Shown here piece by piece: positions 8,298-16,706 of a stretch of 64,000 bases of DNA. The DNA is from Deltaproteobacteria bacterium (lineage in GTDB: Bacteria > Myxococcota_A > UBA9160 > SZUA-336). The notes under the pieces are model-generated. The model ran no database searches. It worked only from the letters and a program-made list of their open reading frames with translations, and was not told the DNA's origin. The position numbers and the translations under genes were made by a program. How positions within the stretch are numbered: position 1 is the stretch's first letter; every line of letters begins with the position of its first letter. Where the stretch lies: contig VGRW01000004.1 of assembly GCA_016875225.1 (NCBI GenBank), forward strand, positions 7,111 to 71,110, read 5' to 3'.

Positions 8298-10699
8298 GCG
8301 CCCGAGGATGGCGAATCGCCGGACGCCTGGCCGCAGCGGAGCCAGAATGCTTCGAGCGCGGGAACCGGATCCGAGGCCTGCACTAGATCGTCGCGGATCC
8401 AGCCCGGCAGCCGATCGCGGTAGCGCGGCTCGCAGAAGCGCCGGTCGACCAGCACGATCGCAGCCACGTCGTCGGCCGAGCGCAGCACGCGGCCGGCCGA
8501 CTGCACCGCGCGCGCGAGCCCCGGCAGAAGGTAGGCGTGGTCGAAGCCGCTCTCGAGCTCGGCGTCGAAGAAGGCGCGCACGAGCTCGCGTTCGCGCTCC
8601 ACCTTCGGAAGCGCGGGGCCGACGACGAAGACGCCGATCGCGGTGTCGCCCGGGTAATCGACGCCTTCCGAGAGAAGCCCGCCGTGCACCGCGCAGACGA
8701 GCAGCGTCTCGCTGCGGTTCGCGCGCAGCTTGGCGAGGATCGGCTCGATCGGCATTCCGGCCAGCTGCAGCAGCACGCGGTGCTCTCCGGGCGGGAGCTT
8801 CGCGACGACCTCGTCGCGGAAGCCGAAGCTCGGGAAGAACGCGAGCCAGTTGCCGCGCCGCGTGCGCACACCGCGCGCGATCAGGTCCGCGATCCAAGCC
8901 GCGTGCTCGGAGCGGACGCGGAAGCGCGTGTCGACCGAGTCGACCGCGACGACCAGCCGGTTCGCGCGCGGAAACGGCGACGGCAGGTCGAGCATGACCG
9001 TGCTCGGCGAGTCGACGCCGAGCGATCGGGCGTGGAAGTCGAGCGGCGCGAGCGTCGCGCTCATCAGCACTGCGGAGTGGAACGAGCGGATGCGCTGGCC
9101 GAGCCACGGCGCCGGGTCGAGGCAGAGCCGCTTGGCGCGATCGGGCGACCAGAGGGCGGCGAAGCGCTCCGGGTCGTCGCTCTCGCAGCCGTGCGCGAAC
9201 TCGCGCACGAGCGCAAGCGCCGAGCGCAGCGGATCGCGCAGCCGGCGATCCCGCCCCTCGCGAGCCGGCGCGAGACCGTCGGGCCGGCACGACTCGGAAG
9301 CCGCCTGCGTCTGGGTCTCGAGCAGCGCGGCGCACGCGGCCTCCTCGATCGGCTCCCAGAATCCCCGCGCCGGCGCCTCGACCCAGGGCGCGTCGTCGGG
9401 ACGCTCCTCGGCCAGGCGCAGCGCGATCCCGCGACAGTGCGCCGAGACCTCGCGGAGCAGATCGCCCGCGCGCCGATAGGCGCGCTCCGGAAGCGCTGAG
9501 CAGCGCTCGGCGAGCGAATCGAGCCGAGCCAGCTCGAGCTCCGGAGAGAAGTAGCCCTGCGCGCGCTCTGCGAGGTTGTGCGCCTCGTCGACGATCAGCA
9601 GATCGCGCCCGTCCGAGGCGTCGAAGAAGCGCCGCAGGTAGACGCGCGGATCGAAGACGTAGTTGAAGTCGCAGACCACGGCGCTCGCGCGCATTGCGAG
9701 CGCCAGGCTGGTCTCGAACGGGCAGAGCTCGTGATGGCTTGCGCGCTCGGCGATGCGCTCGGCCGAGAGCACGCCCTCGTCGGCCAACGCGTCCGCGAGG
9801 CCGGTGGCCGCGAGGCGCTCGGCGAAGCCGCGCTGCCACGGGCAGCGGCCTTCCGCGCAGCCGAGCTCGGCCTGCGGACAGACGCGGTCCTTCGCCGAGA
9901 TCTGCACCGCGAGCGCGCCGCAGCCCGGCGGAAGCATGCTCCGCAGCGTCTCGAGCGCGAGCTCCTGCTGCGAGGTCTTCGAGGTGACGAAGAAGACGCG
10001 GCGGTCGTCGCGGAGCGCGTGCGCGAGGAACGGGTGGAGCGCGGCCGCGGTCTTTCCGACGCCGGTCGGCGCCGAGCAGAGCAGGGTGAGGCCGGAGGCC
10101 GCGGCGCCGTCGACCTCGCGCAGAAGCTCGGCCTGCACCGGGCGCACCGACGCGAACGGGAACGCCGGCGCGAGCTCGCGGCGGGCGCTGCCGCGCGCCG
10201 CCTCGAGCTCGGCGGACCGCGCGATGCGCTCGATTCGCTCGTCGAGCTTCGCGGCCCAGGCCTCGGGAGCGACGGATACGCGGGTTCGTCTGGCGGGAGC
10301 TCCGATCAGCGAGAGAGCGACGGCGGACGCGCCGGCCACCCGCGCGCCGCCGAGCGCGAGCAGAAGCGATGCGAATCCGGCGCGCTCGACCGCGCGCGCG
10401 GCACTCGTCGCCTCGTCTTCGTCGGGCACGAAGCGCAGAGTTTCGAGGCGCGTGCCGCGCGGGCCGTCGCGAAGCACGTCGGCGCAGCCGTCGAGCGCGA
10501 TGCGGAAGCCGCGCCAGTCGAGCTCGGCGCGAAGCGGCACCGCCGCGCGCGCGGAGCCCACCCAGGCTTCTCGCACACGCGCCTCGAGCCGCCCGCGCAC
10601 GGGGTCGACGCCCCGATACGCGGCGGCCGCGGAGCCCGCGTCGATCAGATCTTCGACACCGAGCGCGAGCGTTCGCGCCCGTTCATCGATCAGGATCAA
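8294..10699 (-). CDS. XPD/DinG (Rad3-related) family ATP-dependent DNA helicase with about 190-aa N-terminal extension
   Basis: Walker A (CSAPTGVGKT), DEAH box (LIVDEAHNL), and four Cys between them (CPQAELGCAEGRCPW...ELCPF) as in the XPD/DinG 4Fe-4S domain. The C-terminal helicase_C_2-like end reads GRVLRSADDVAAIVLVDRRF. TTG start. Confidence 0.85.
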   Translation of the reverse strand: MILIDERARTLALGVEDLIDAGSAAAAYRGVDPVRGRLEARVREAWVGSARAAVPLRAELDWRGFRIALDGCADVLRDGPRGTRLETLRFVPDEDEATSAARAVERAGFASLLLALGGARVAGASAVALSLIGAPARRTRVSVAPEAWAAKLDERIERIARSAELEAARGSARRELAPAFPFASVRPVQAELLREVDGAAASGLTLLCSAPTGVGKTAAALHPFLAHALRDDRRVFFVTSKTSQQELALETLRSMLPPGCGALAVQISAKDRVCPQAELGCAEGRCPWQRGFAERLAATGLADALADEGVLSAERIAERASHHELCPFETSLALAMRASAVVCDFNYVFDPRVYLRRFFDASDGRDLLIVDEAHNLAERAQGYFSPELELARLDSLAERCSALPERAYRRAGDLLREVSAHCRGIALRLAEERPDDAPWVEAPARGFWEPIEEAACAALLETQTQAASESCRPDGLAPAREGRDRRLRDPLRSALALVREFAHGCESDDPERFAALWSPDRAKRLCLDPAPWLGQRIRSFHSAVLMSATLAPLDFHARSLGVDSPSTVMLDLPSPFPRANRLVVAVDSVDTRFRVRSEHAAWIADLIARGVRTRRGNWLAFFPSFGFRDEVVAKLPPGEHRVLLQLAGMPIEPILAKLRANRSETLLVCAVHGGLLSEGVDYPGDTAIGVFVVGPALPKVERERELVRAFFDAELESGFDHAYLLPGLARAVQSAGRVLRSADDVAAIVLVDRRFCEPRYRDRLPGWIRDDLVQASDPVPALEAFWLRCGQASGDSPSSGA

Positions 10700-10712
10700 G
10701 CGGAGCGCGCGC

Positions 10713-11933
10713 TCACTTCGAAGGCGGTCCCGTCGGGATGTCGCGGAAGGCCGTGTCCTTGTCGAGCCTCGGCTCCGGCGGCAGCCGCAGCACGCGCTCG
10801 GCGAGGATGTTGCGCAGGATCTCGTCGGTGCCGCCGGCGATGCGCAGGCCTGGCGAGCCCAGGTAGGCCTCCTGCGGGTCGCCCTGTGCGGAGCCCGCGA
10901 AGCCCTGCAGCTCGATCGCGAACGACGCGAGCTTCTGGTTCAGCGGCGCGCCGACGAGCTTGCCGATCGAGCTCTCCGGTCCCGGCGTGGTGCCCTTCGA
11001 GAGCGCCGTGAGCGTCCGGTAGCCGGTGTACTTCAGGCCCGAGGCGCGGATGTAGAAGTCCGCGATCTGCTGTCGCACCGAGCCGTCCTCGATCGCGGGC
11101 CGGCCGTGCAGCTCCGCCTCGCGCGCGAGCCGGATCAGGTCCTCGGCGCGGAAGCCGCCGCCGCCGCCGCCGATCGAAGCGCGCTCGTTCATGAGCGTGG
11201 TCAGCGCGACCCGCCAGCCGTCGCCGACCCGACCGACGCGGTCGGAATCGGGAACCTTCACGTCGCTGAAGAACACCTCGTTGAAGGCCTTGCCGCCGTT
11301 GATCTGCTTGATCGGGCGGATCTCGACGCCGGGCGCCTTCATGTCGACGATGAAGTAGGTGAGCCCGGCGTGCTTGGCGACGGTCGGATCGGTGCGGGTC
11401 ACGATCATTCCCCAGCGGCTGAAGTGCGCGCCGGTGGTCCAGATCTTCTGGCCGTTGATCGTCCAGGTGTCGCCGCTCTTCACGGCCGAGGTGCGAAGGC
11501 CCGCCAGATCGGAGCCGGCCGCCGGCTCGCTGAAGAGCTGGCACCAGATCTCGTCGCCGCGCGCCATCTTCTCGAGGTGCTTCGACTTCTGCTCCGGCGT
11601 GCCGTGCGCCATCAGGGTGGGGCCGAGCATGCCGATGCCGATGCCGAAGACGTTCGGCGGAACCTGGAACTTCGCCTCTTCCTGGTTCCAGATCACCGAC
11701 TGGATCGCCGTCGCGTCGCGTCCGCCGTATTCCTTCGGCCAGGTGAGGCAGGCCCAGCCGTTGTCCTTCTTGCACGCCTGCCAGGCCTGCGAGGCCTTGA
11801 TCGTGTCCGGGTCGTCGCGCTCGGAAAGCATGGAGTTGGATTCGCCCGGCGCGAGCAGCTTGCGGTGCTTCGAGAGGAACGCGCGTGCTGCGGCGCGGAA
11901 CTCGGCCTCTTGCGGGGTATCGTTGAAGTCCAT
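10713..11933 (-). CDS. acyl-CoA dehydrogenase family protein
   Basis: Start ATG at 11933 (MDFNDTPQEAEFR...) is preceded by GGAAGGAG and is in frame with the long 10713..12734 ORF. ACAD pattern: EPAAGSDLAGL, WTINGQKIWTTGA, IAGGTDEILRNILAERVL. Confidence 0.9.
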   Translation of the reverse strand: MDFNDTPQEAEFRAAARAFLSKHRKLLAPGESNSMLSERDDPDTIKASQAWQACKKDNGWACLTWPKEYGGRDATAIQSVIWNQEEAKFQVPPNVFGIGIGMLGPTLMAHGTPEQKSKHLEKMARGDEIWCQLFSEPAAGSDLAGLRTSAVKSGDTWTINGQKIWTTGAHFSRWGMIVTRTDPTVAKHAGLTYFIVDMKAPGVEIRPIKQINGGKAFNEVFFSDVKVPDSDRVGRVGDGWRVALTTLMNERASIGGGGGGFRAEDLIRLAREAELHGRPAIEDGSVRQQIADFYIRASGLKYTGYRTLTALSKGTTPGPESSIGKLVGAPLNQKLASFAIELQGFAGSAQGDPQEAYLGSPGLRIAGGTDEILRNILAERVLRLPPEPRLDKDTAFRDIPTGPPSK

Positions 11934-11947
11934 CTGAATTCTCCTTC

Positions 11948-13060
11948 CTAGGCCGCTTGCTTCGCGATCAGACGCTGAATCAGCTTCTCTCGCCAGTGCG
12001 TGGGGGATCCGAGCGCGACCGCCTGGTGCTTCGCGCGCCGGTAGAAGAGATGGCAGTCGTACTCCCAGGTGAAGCCGACGCCGCCGTGCATCTGCACCAT
12101 CTCGACCGCGTTGGTGTCGAACGCCTCGGTCGCCGACACGCGCGCGGCGGGCGCCGCGATCGCGAGCTCCGGGTTGTCCTCCGAGAGCGCCCAGGCGGCC
12201 CAGTAGCAGTTCGACTTGGCCAGCTCGATCAAGACGTACAGATCGGCCATGCGGTGCTTCAGCCCCTGGAACGAAGCGATCGGCCGGCCGAACGCGTAGC
12301 GCCCCATCGTGAAGTCGCGCGTGATCTCGAAGGCGCGCTCGGCGCCGCCGAGCTGCTCGAAGGCCTGGATCACCGCGGCGCGGTCGAGCACGCGCTCCAG
12401 CAGTTCCCAGCCGCGGCCCTCGTCGCCGAGCAGCTCCGCAGGCGCGTCCTTGAAGCTGATCTCGGCCGACGCGCGGGTCGGGTCGATCGACTCGGTCGCC
12501 TTGCGCGTGACGCCCGGACCCGCCAGGTCGACCAGTGCCAGCGAGATGCCCGCGTTCGAGCGCGCGGCGACCACAGCGAAGGTCGCGACGTTTCCGTCGG
12601 GCACGGCGATTTTCGTTCCGCTGAGCTTTCCGCCCGCGAGCGTCGCCTTCAGGCTGGCCTGGGACGGGAAGCCCGGAGCCTCGGCGAACGCGAGCGTTCC
12701 CACGGCCGAGCCGTTCGCGAGCGCCGAGAGCCACTTCTTGCGCTGCGTGTCGCTCCCCGCGAGCAGGATCGCCTCGGTGGCCAGGTAGACCGACGAGCCG
12801 AAGGGGATCGGCGACAGCGCCCGGCCGAGCTCCTGCGCGATCAGGACCAGCTCGAGGTAGCCGAAGCCCGCCCCGCCGTACTCCTCGGGAATCACGGCGC
12901 CCTGCCAGCCCATCTCTGCGGCGGCCTTCCAGAGCTCGGCATTCCAGTGGGTGCCCTTCTCGAGCACGTCGCGATCGACCTGCAGCGGCGAGCGTTCCGC
13001 GAGGAAGTCGCGCGCGGTCTTCTGCAGGAGCTTCTGGTCCTCGGAAAAGTCGAGATTCAT
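11948..13060 (-). CDS. acyl-CoA dehydrogenase family protein (second, divergent paralog)
   Basis: MNLDFSEDQKLLQKTARDFL..., IPEEYGGAGFGYLE and QMHGGVGFTWEYDCHLFYRRAK are typical ACAD N-terminal and C-terminal helical-domain motifs. Confidence 0.85.
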   Translation of the reverse strand: MNLDFSEDQKLLQKTARDFLAERSPLQVDRDVLEKGTHWNAELWKAAAEMGWQGAVIPEEYGGAGFGYLELVLIAQELGRALSPIPFGSSVYLATEAILLAGSDTQRKKWLSALANGSAVGTLAFAEAPGFPSQASLKATLAGGKLSGTKIAVPDGNVATFAVVAARSNAGISLALVDLAGPGVTRKATESIDPTRASAEISFKDAPAELLGDEGRGWELLERVLDRAAVIQAFEQLGGAERAFEITRDFTMGRYAFGRPIASFQGLKHRMADLYVLIELAKSNCYWAAWALSEDNPELAIAAPAARVSATEAFDTNAVEMVQMHGGVGFTWEYDCHLFYRRAKHQAVALGSPTHWREKLIQRLIAKQAA

Positions 13061-13102
13061 TCGGGAGGTCTCCGTATGCGGGCCGCTCTGTCGGCCGCGC
13101 GG

Positions 13103-13133
13103 ATTATACGCAGGTACTCCCGGGGTGAATCAA
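13103..13133 (-). promoter_or_regulatory. putative sigma70-type promoter for the ACAD genes
   Basis: On the minus strand there is a perfect TATAAT (13108..13103), about 43 nt upstream of the ATG at 13060. TTGATT (13133..13128) lies 19 nt further upstream. This is an AT-rich patch in otherwise very GC-rich DNA. The spacer is longer than optimal. Confidence 0.35.
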
Positions 13134-13136
13134 ACC

Positions 13137-13162
13137 GGCTCGAGGGCCGATCGGCCCGAGCC
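13137..13162 (-). terminator. imperfect GC hairpin downstream of mlaC
   Basis: GGCTCGAGGGCC-GATC-GGCCCGAGCC forms a stem with one bulge, immediately after the mlaC stop (13169). No U-tract. Confidence 0.35.
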
Positions 13163-13168
13163 GCAGCG

Positions 13169-13828
13169 CTACTTCGCGGCGGTGGCCTGCTTGTCCGCGG
13201 CCTCGTTCTTCTCGTGCAGCGTCTTGATCAGCGCGCCCACGCCCTTCTGTGTGACGATCTCCTGGACCTGCGAGCGGAAGTTCTGGATCAGCGAGACGCC
13301 CGCCGGCGTGACGTCGATGATCAGCCAGTCGCCGCCCTCGATCTCGCGCAGTCGGTAGTCGATCGACACGCCGTCGCCGGCTTCGCCGCCGACCACGCGC
13401 GTCTTCACGGTCACGTCCTTGTTCGACTCGAGCCGCGCGTCGCCCATCTCGATCTTCTCGTTCGAGGTGTAGCGGTCGAGCTTCTTGCCGTAGGTGTTCG
13501 AGAGGCTGCGCTTGAACTCGACCTGGAACTGCTCGAGCTGCGCGTCGTCGAGCTTGCGCCGGTTCTTGCCCAGCACCAGCAGGGCCATGCGCGGAAAGTC
13601 GAAACGCTCCAGCGCGATCGACTCGAGCTTCGAGAGCCGCACGTCGGGCGCGAGCTGCTTGTCGTCGAGGATGGCGAGCACGTCGCTCACGGTCTTCGAC
13701 ATGAAGCCGCGCGCCGACTCGACGCGCTCGTCCGCATGCGCGGGAAGCGCGACGGCCAGAAGCAGCGCGCAGAGCGCGAGCCAGCTACTCGGGAAGAGAA
13801 TCGCTCTCGTCGAGCTCGTAGAGATCAT
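13169..13828 (-). CDS. mlaC: periplasmic phospholipid-binding protein MlaC (Ttg2D/toluene-tolerance family)
   Basis: Family pattern: FDFPRMALLVLGKNRRKL..QL..F...F...L..TYGKKLDRY, IDYRLRE..GDWLIIDV...GVSLIQNFRSQ. I prefer the ATG at 13828 (MISTSSTRAILFPSSWLALCALLLAVALPAHA signal peptide). The track ORF extends to 13858. Confidence 0.8.
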   Translation of the reverse strand: MISTSSTRAILFPSSWLALCALLLAVALPAHADERVESARGFMSKTVSDVLAILDDKQLAPDVRLSKLESIALERFDFPRMALLVLGKNRRKLDDAQLEQFQVEFKRSLSNTYGKKLDRYTSNEKIEMGDARLESNKDVTVKTRVVGGEAGDGVSIDYRLREIEGGDWLIIDVTPAGVSLIQNFRSQVQEIVTQKGVGALIKTLHEKNEAADKQATAAK

Positions 13829-14561
13829 CGGAAGGCGCCTCCTCGGAATCGTCTCCATCGTTTCGGATCAACACTTCGCGTCGCTGGAGGTACCCGTCGC
13901 GCACGGCGGAGTACCAGTCGAAGGACGCCTCGCGAAGCTCGCGCAGGTCCTCGTCCGCCAGCGCCCGGCGATTGATGGTTCGAAGCAGCGTCGCCGGCCA
14001 GATCCCCGGAACGACCCATGAGATGAGCGCGGAGTCCCCGATGTTCAGCGCCGAATCGATCGGGAAGCCCGCCGCGTCGCGCGCGCTCGAGGCCGGCAGC
14101 AGGAACGGCAGGACCAGGTACGGCCCCGGTCCCGACCCCCAGACGCCGAACGTCTGTCCCATGTCCTCCGGCCTTCGCGCCAGACCGAGCCAGTGGTTCG
14201 CCGGATCGAAGAAGCCGGCGAGCCCGGCGGTGCTGTTCACGCCGAAGCGCGCCAGCGCGATCCCCGACTGTTTGGGGTCTCCCTGCAGCAACGGCTGCAC
14301 GAAGTAGCCCGGGAAGTTCAGGTTGTCGTAGAACTGCTCGAGGTGGACGCGGACCGTCTCCGGGGTGACGAAGATCCAGCCCTTCGCGACCGGCCCGACC
14401 AGGAAGCGATCGAGTGCGTCGTTCACGCTGAACATCGCGTGGTTGAACGGCCGCCACGGATCGGGCTCCGGCGTCGGCTCGGGCTCCGGACCGCGGGCCG
14501 ATGCGCAGGCGAGAAGCGACGCGGCGAGCGCGGCGTGCAGGAGCGTGCGGGCGCCGAGCAT
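13785..14561 (-). CDS. mlaA: MlaA/VacJ family outer-membrane lipoprotein
   Basis: Lipobox (SLLAC), then RPFNHAMFSVNDALDRFLVGPVAKGW...FYDNLNFP...FGVNSTAGLAGFFDPA..., as in the VacJ family. Acidic C-terminal tail. Confidence 0.85.
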   Translation of the reverse strand: MLGARTLLHAALAASLLACASARGPEPEPTPEPDPWRPFNHAMFSVNDALDRFLVGPVAKGWIFVTPETVRVHLEQFYDNLNFPGYFVQPLLQGDPKQSGIALARFGVNSTAGLAGFFDPANHWLGLARRPEDMGQTFGVWGSGPGPYLVLPFLLPASSARDAAGFPIDSALNIGDSALISWVVPGIWPATLLRTINRRALADEDLRELREASFDWYSAVRDGYLQRREVLIRNDGDDSEEAPSDDLYELDESDSLPE

Positions 14562-15067
14562 CAGCCGTCGTCGCCCGGCTCGGAGCGCGACTCCTTGTCG
14601 TCGCCGTCGGAGGAGTTCCCGAGGCTCTGGATCACGCGGCCGATCAGACGCTCGATCACGATCGCGCTCTGCGTGTAGGTGATCTCGGCCCGGTCGCCGA
14701 GCATCGTCTCGGAGCCGCCCGGCTCGAGCCCGACGTACTGGCTGCCCAGCACGCCCTGCGTGAGGATCGAGGCCGCCGTGTCGTCGGGCAGCTTCAGGTT
14801 CTCGTCCACGTCCATCAGCACGCGCGCGCGGAAATCGCCGTCCGGCGAGAGCTCGATCGCCTTCACCTGCCCGACCTTCACGCCGCCGATCACGACCGGC
14901 GAACGCGCCGCCAGGCCGCCCACCTCGTCGAAGCTCGCGTAGAGCAGGAGCCCGCCTGGACCCGAGTAGGTCGAGCCGCCGAGCTGGATCGAGAGGTAGG
15001 CGAGCGCGGCGAAGCCGGAGAGCACGAAGACTCCCACCAGGAGATCGCGGATCGGCGAACGGCTCAC
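14561..15067 (-). CDS. mlaD: MlaD (MCE-domain) protein
   Basis: GTG at 15067, in frame with the 14561..15736 ORF and preceded by GGGGAGG. N-terminal TM (LLVGVFVLSGFAALAYL) and MCE core (VGGLAARSPVVIGGVKVGQVKAIEL...DDTAASILTQGVLGSQYVGLEPG). Confidence 0.85.
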   Translation of the reverse strand: MSRSPIRDLLVGVFVLSGFAALAYLSIQLGGSTYSGPGGLLLYASFDEVGGLAARSPVVIGGVKVGQVKAIELSPDGDFRARVLMDVDENLKLPDDTAASILTQGVLGSQYVGLEPGGSETMLGDRAEITYTQSAIVIERLIGRVIQSLGNSSDGDDKESRSEPGDDG

Positions 15068-15069
15068 TC

Positions 15070-15846
15070 TCAGCCTCCCCACAGAGCGGTGATGATGTAG
15101 TCGAAGACGAGCGTCGCGACCGACGCCTGTACCACGGCGCCGGTCGTCGCGCGACTCACGCCGGCGGAGTTCGGCGCGGACGTGAAGCCGCGCCAGGTCG
15201 AGATCAACGCGACCAGCGCGCCGAAGACCACGGATTTCAGCACGCTGCCCACGACCTCGTCCCTGAAGGTGATGCTGGTCTCCAGGTTGGTGATGTAGGT
15301 GCCGCCGTCGATTCCGAGCAGGCCGACGCCGACCACGTAGCCGCCCGCGAGCCCGAAGACGATGAACAGCGCCGAGAGGAGCGGCATCGAGATCAGCAGC
15401 GCGAGCGCCTTGGGCTGCGCGACGAAGTCGACCGGATCGACCGACATCATGCGCAGGCCGTCGAGCTGCTCGGTCGCGACCATCGCGCCGATCTCCGCCG
15501 CGACCGCGGACCCAGCCCGGCCGGCGACCAGAAGCGCGGTCAGCACGGGCCCGAACTCGCGCACGAGCGAGAGTCCGACCACGCTGCCCAGGCTCTGCTC
15601 CGCGCCGAAGCGCACCAGCGTGATGTAGCCCTGCAGCCCGAGCACGCTGCCGACCACCGCGCCGGAGAGAAGCACGATCGCCAGCGACAGAACCCCGGTG
15701 GTGTAGATCTCGTCGACCAGGCGCCGCAGTCGCCACGGCGGGCTGAACGTCTGGTAGACCATTCGCCCGCCGAAGACCGCGATCCCTCCGAGCTCGAAGA
15801 CGTTCGAGACCGTGCGCCAGCCGGTGTGGCGGATCAGCGCGAGCAT
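15070..15846 (-). CDS. mlaE: MlaE ABC-transporter permease
   Basis: VREFGPVLTALLVAGRAGSAVAAEIGAMVATEQLDGLRMMSVDP is the conserved MlaE/Ttg2B signature. Confidence 0.9.
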   Translation of the reverse strand: MLALIRHTGWRTVSNVFELGGIAVFGGRMVYQTFSPPWRLRRLVDEIYTTGVLSLAIVLLSGAVVGSVLGLQGYITLVRFGAEQSLGSVVGLSLVREFGPVLTALLVAGRAGSAVAAEIGAMVATEQLDGLRMMSVDPVDFVAQPKALALLISMPLLSALFIVFGLAGGYVVGVGLLGIDGGTYITNLETSITFRDEVVGSVLKSVVFGALVALISTWRGFTSAPNSAGVSRATTGAVVQASVATLVFDYIITALWGG

Positions 15847-16649
15847 CAGCTCGCCTCCTCGAGGGCCGGCCCGGTGCCCGCAGCCTGGAAGAAGCGCTGG
15901 ATGCGCGGATCCGTGCTCGCCTTCATCTCCTCGACGGAGCCGGTCACGGCGATTCCGTCGACGAGAAACACGATCTCGTCGGCCATCCGCATGGTCGAGC
16001 CGATGTGGTGATTCGTGAGGACCATCGTGAGTCCCTTGGTGTGATTCACCTCGACCAGCAGCGCCTCGATCAGCCGCACCGCGAGCGGGTCGAGGCCCGA
16101 GAACGGCTCGTCGATCAGCAGCACCGACGGCTCCATGATCATCGCGCGCGCGAGCGCCACGCGCTTCTTCATGCCGCCCGAGATCTGGCCAGGGAGCAGC
16201 TCGTCCACCTTCTTAAGGCCCACGGCCTCGAACTGCGCGTGGACGCGGTCCGCGATCTCGCTCTCGCGGAGCTTGGTGTGCTCGCGGAGCGCGAGCGCCA
16301 CGTTTTCGAAGACGCTGAGCGAATCGAGCAGCGCGCCGCCCTGGAACATCATGCCGAGCCCGTGCCGCAGGTTGCGCAGTCGCCGCTCGGACAGCCGCGA
16401 GATCTCCTCGTCACCGACCCAGATCTCGCCGTAGTCCGGCCGGAGCAGGCCCGCGCCAAGGCGGAGCAGCGTGCTCTTGCCGACGCCGCTCGCGCCGAGG
16501 ATCACGGAGATCCGGCCCTTCGGAAACCCGCACGACAGCCCGTCGAAGACGCGCCGCTCGCCGAAGGCGAGGCGCACGCTCACCATCTCGACGTGCGCCC
16601 GGCCCTCGATCCGACGCTCGACGGCGGTCTCCGACACCGTTCCCCTCAT
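15846..16649 (-). CDS. mlaF: MlaF ABC-transporter ATPase
   Basis: Walker A (GASGVGKST), ABC signature (ISGGMKKRVALARA) and Walker B (LLIDEPFSGLD). Its stop shares one nucleotide with the mlaE start. Confidence 0.9.
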   Translation of the reverse strand: MRGTVSETAVERRIEGRAHVEMVSVRLAFGERRVFDGLSCGFPKGRISVILGASGVGKSTLLRLGAGLLRPDYGEIWVGDEEISRLSERRLRNLRHGLGMMFQGGALLDSLSVFENVALALREHTKLRESEIADRVHAQFEAVGLKKVDELLPGQISGGMKKRVALARAMIMEPSVLLIDEPFSGLDPLAVRLIEALLVEVNHTKGLTMVLTNHHIGSTMRMADEIVFLVDGIAVTGSVEEMKASTDPRIQRFFQAAGTGPALEEAS

Positions 16650-16684
16650 CCAGCCCCGCCCGGCTTTATCGCGGTTGTCCGAGA

Positions 16685-16701
16685 GCGCGTCAACGACGCG
16701 C
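16685..16701. terminator. short perfect hairpin between asnB and mlaF
   Basis: GCGCGTC-AAC-GACGCGC (7-bp stem) sits 6 nt after the asnB stop. No U-tract. Confidence 0.3.
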
Positions 16702-16706
16702 CGGGA

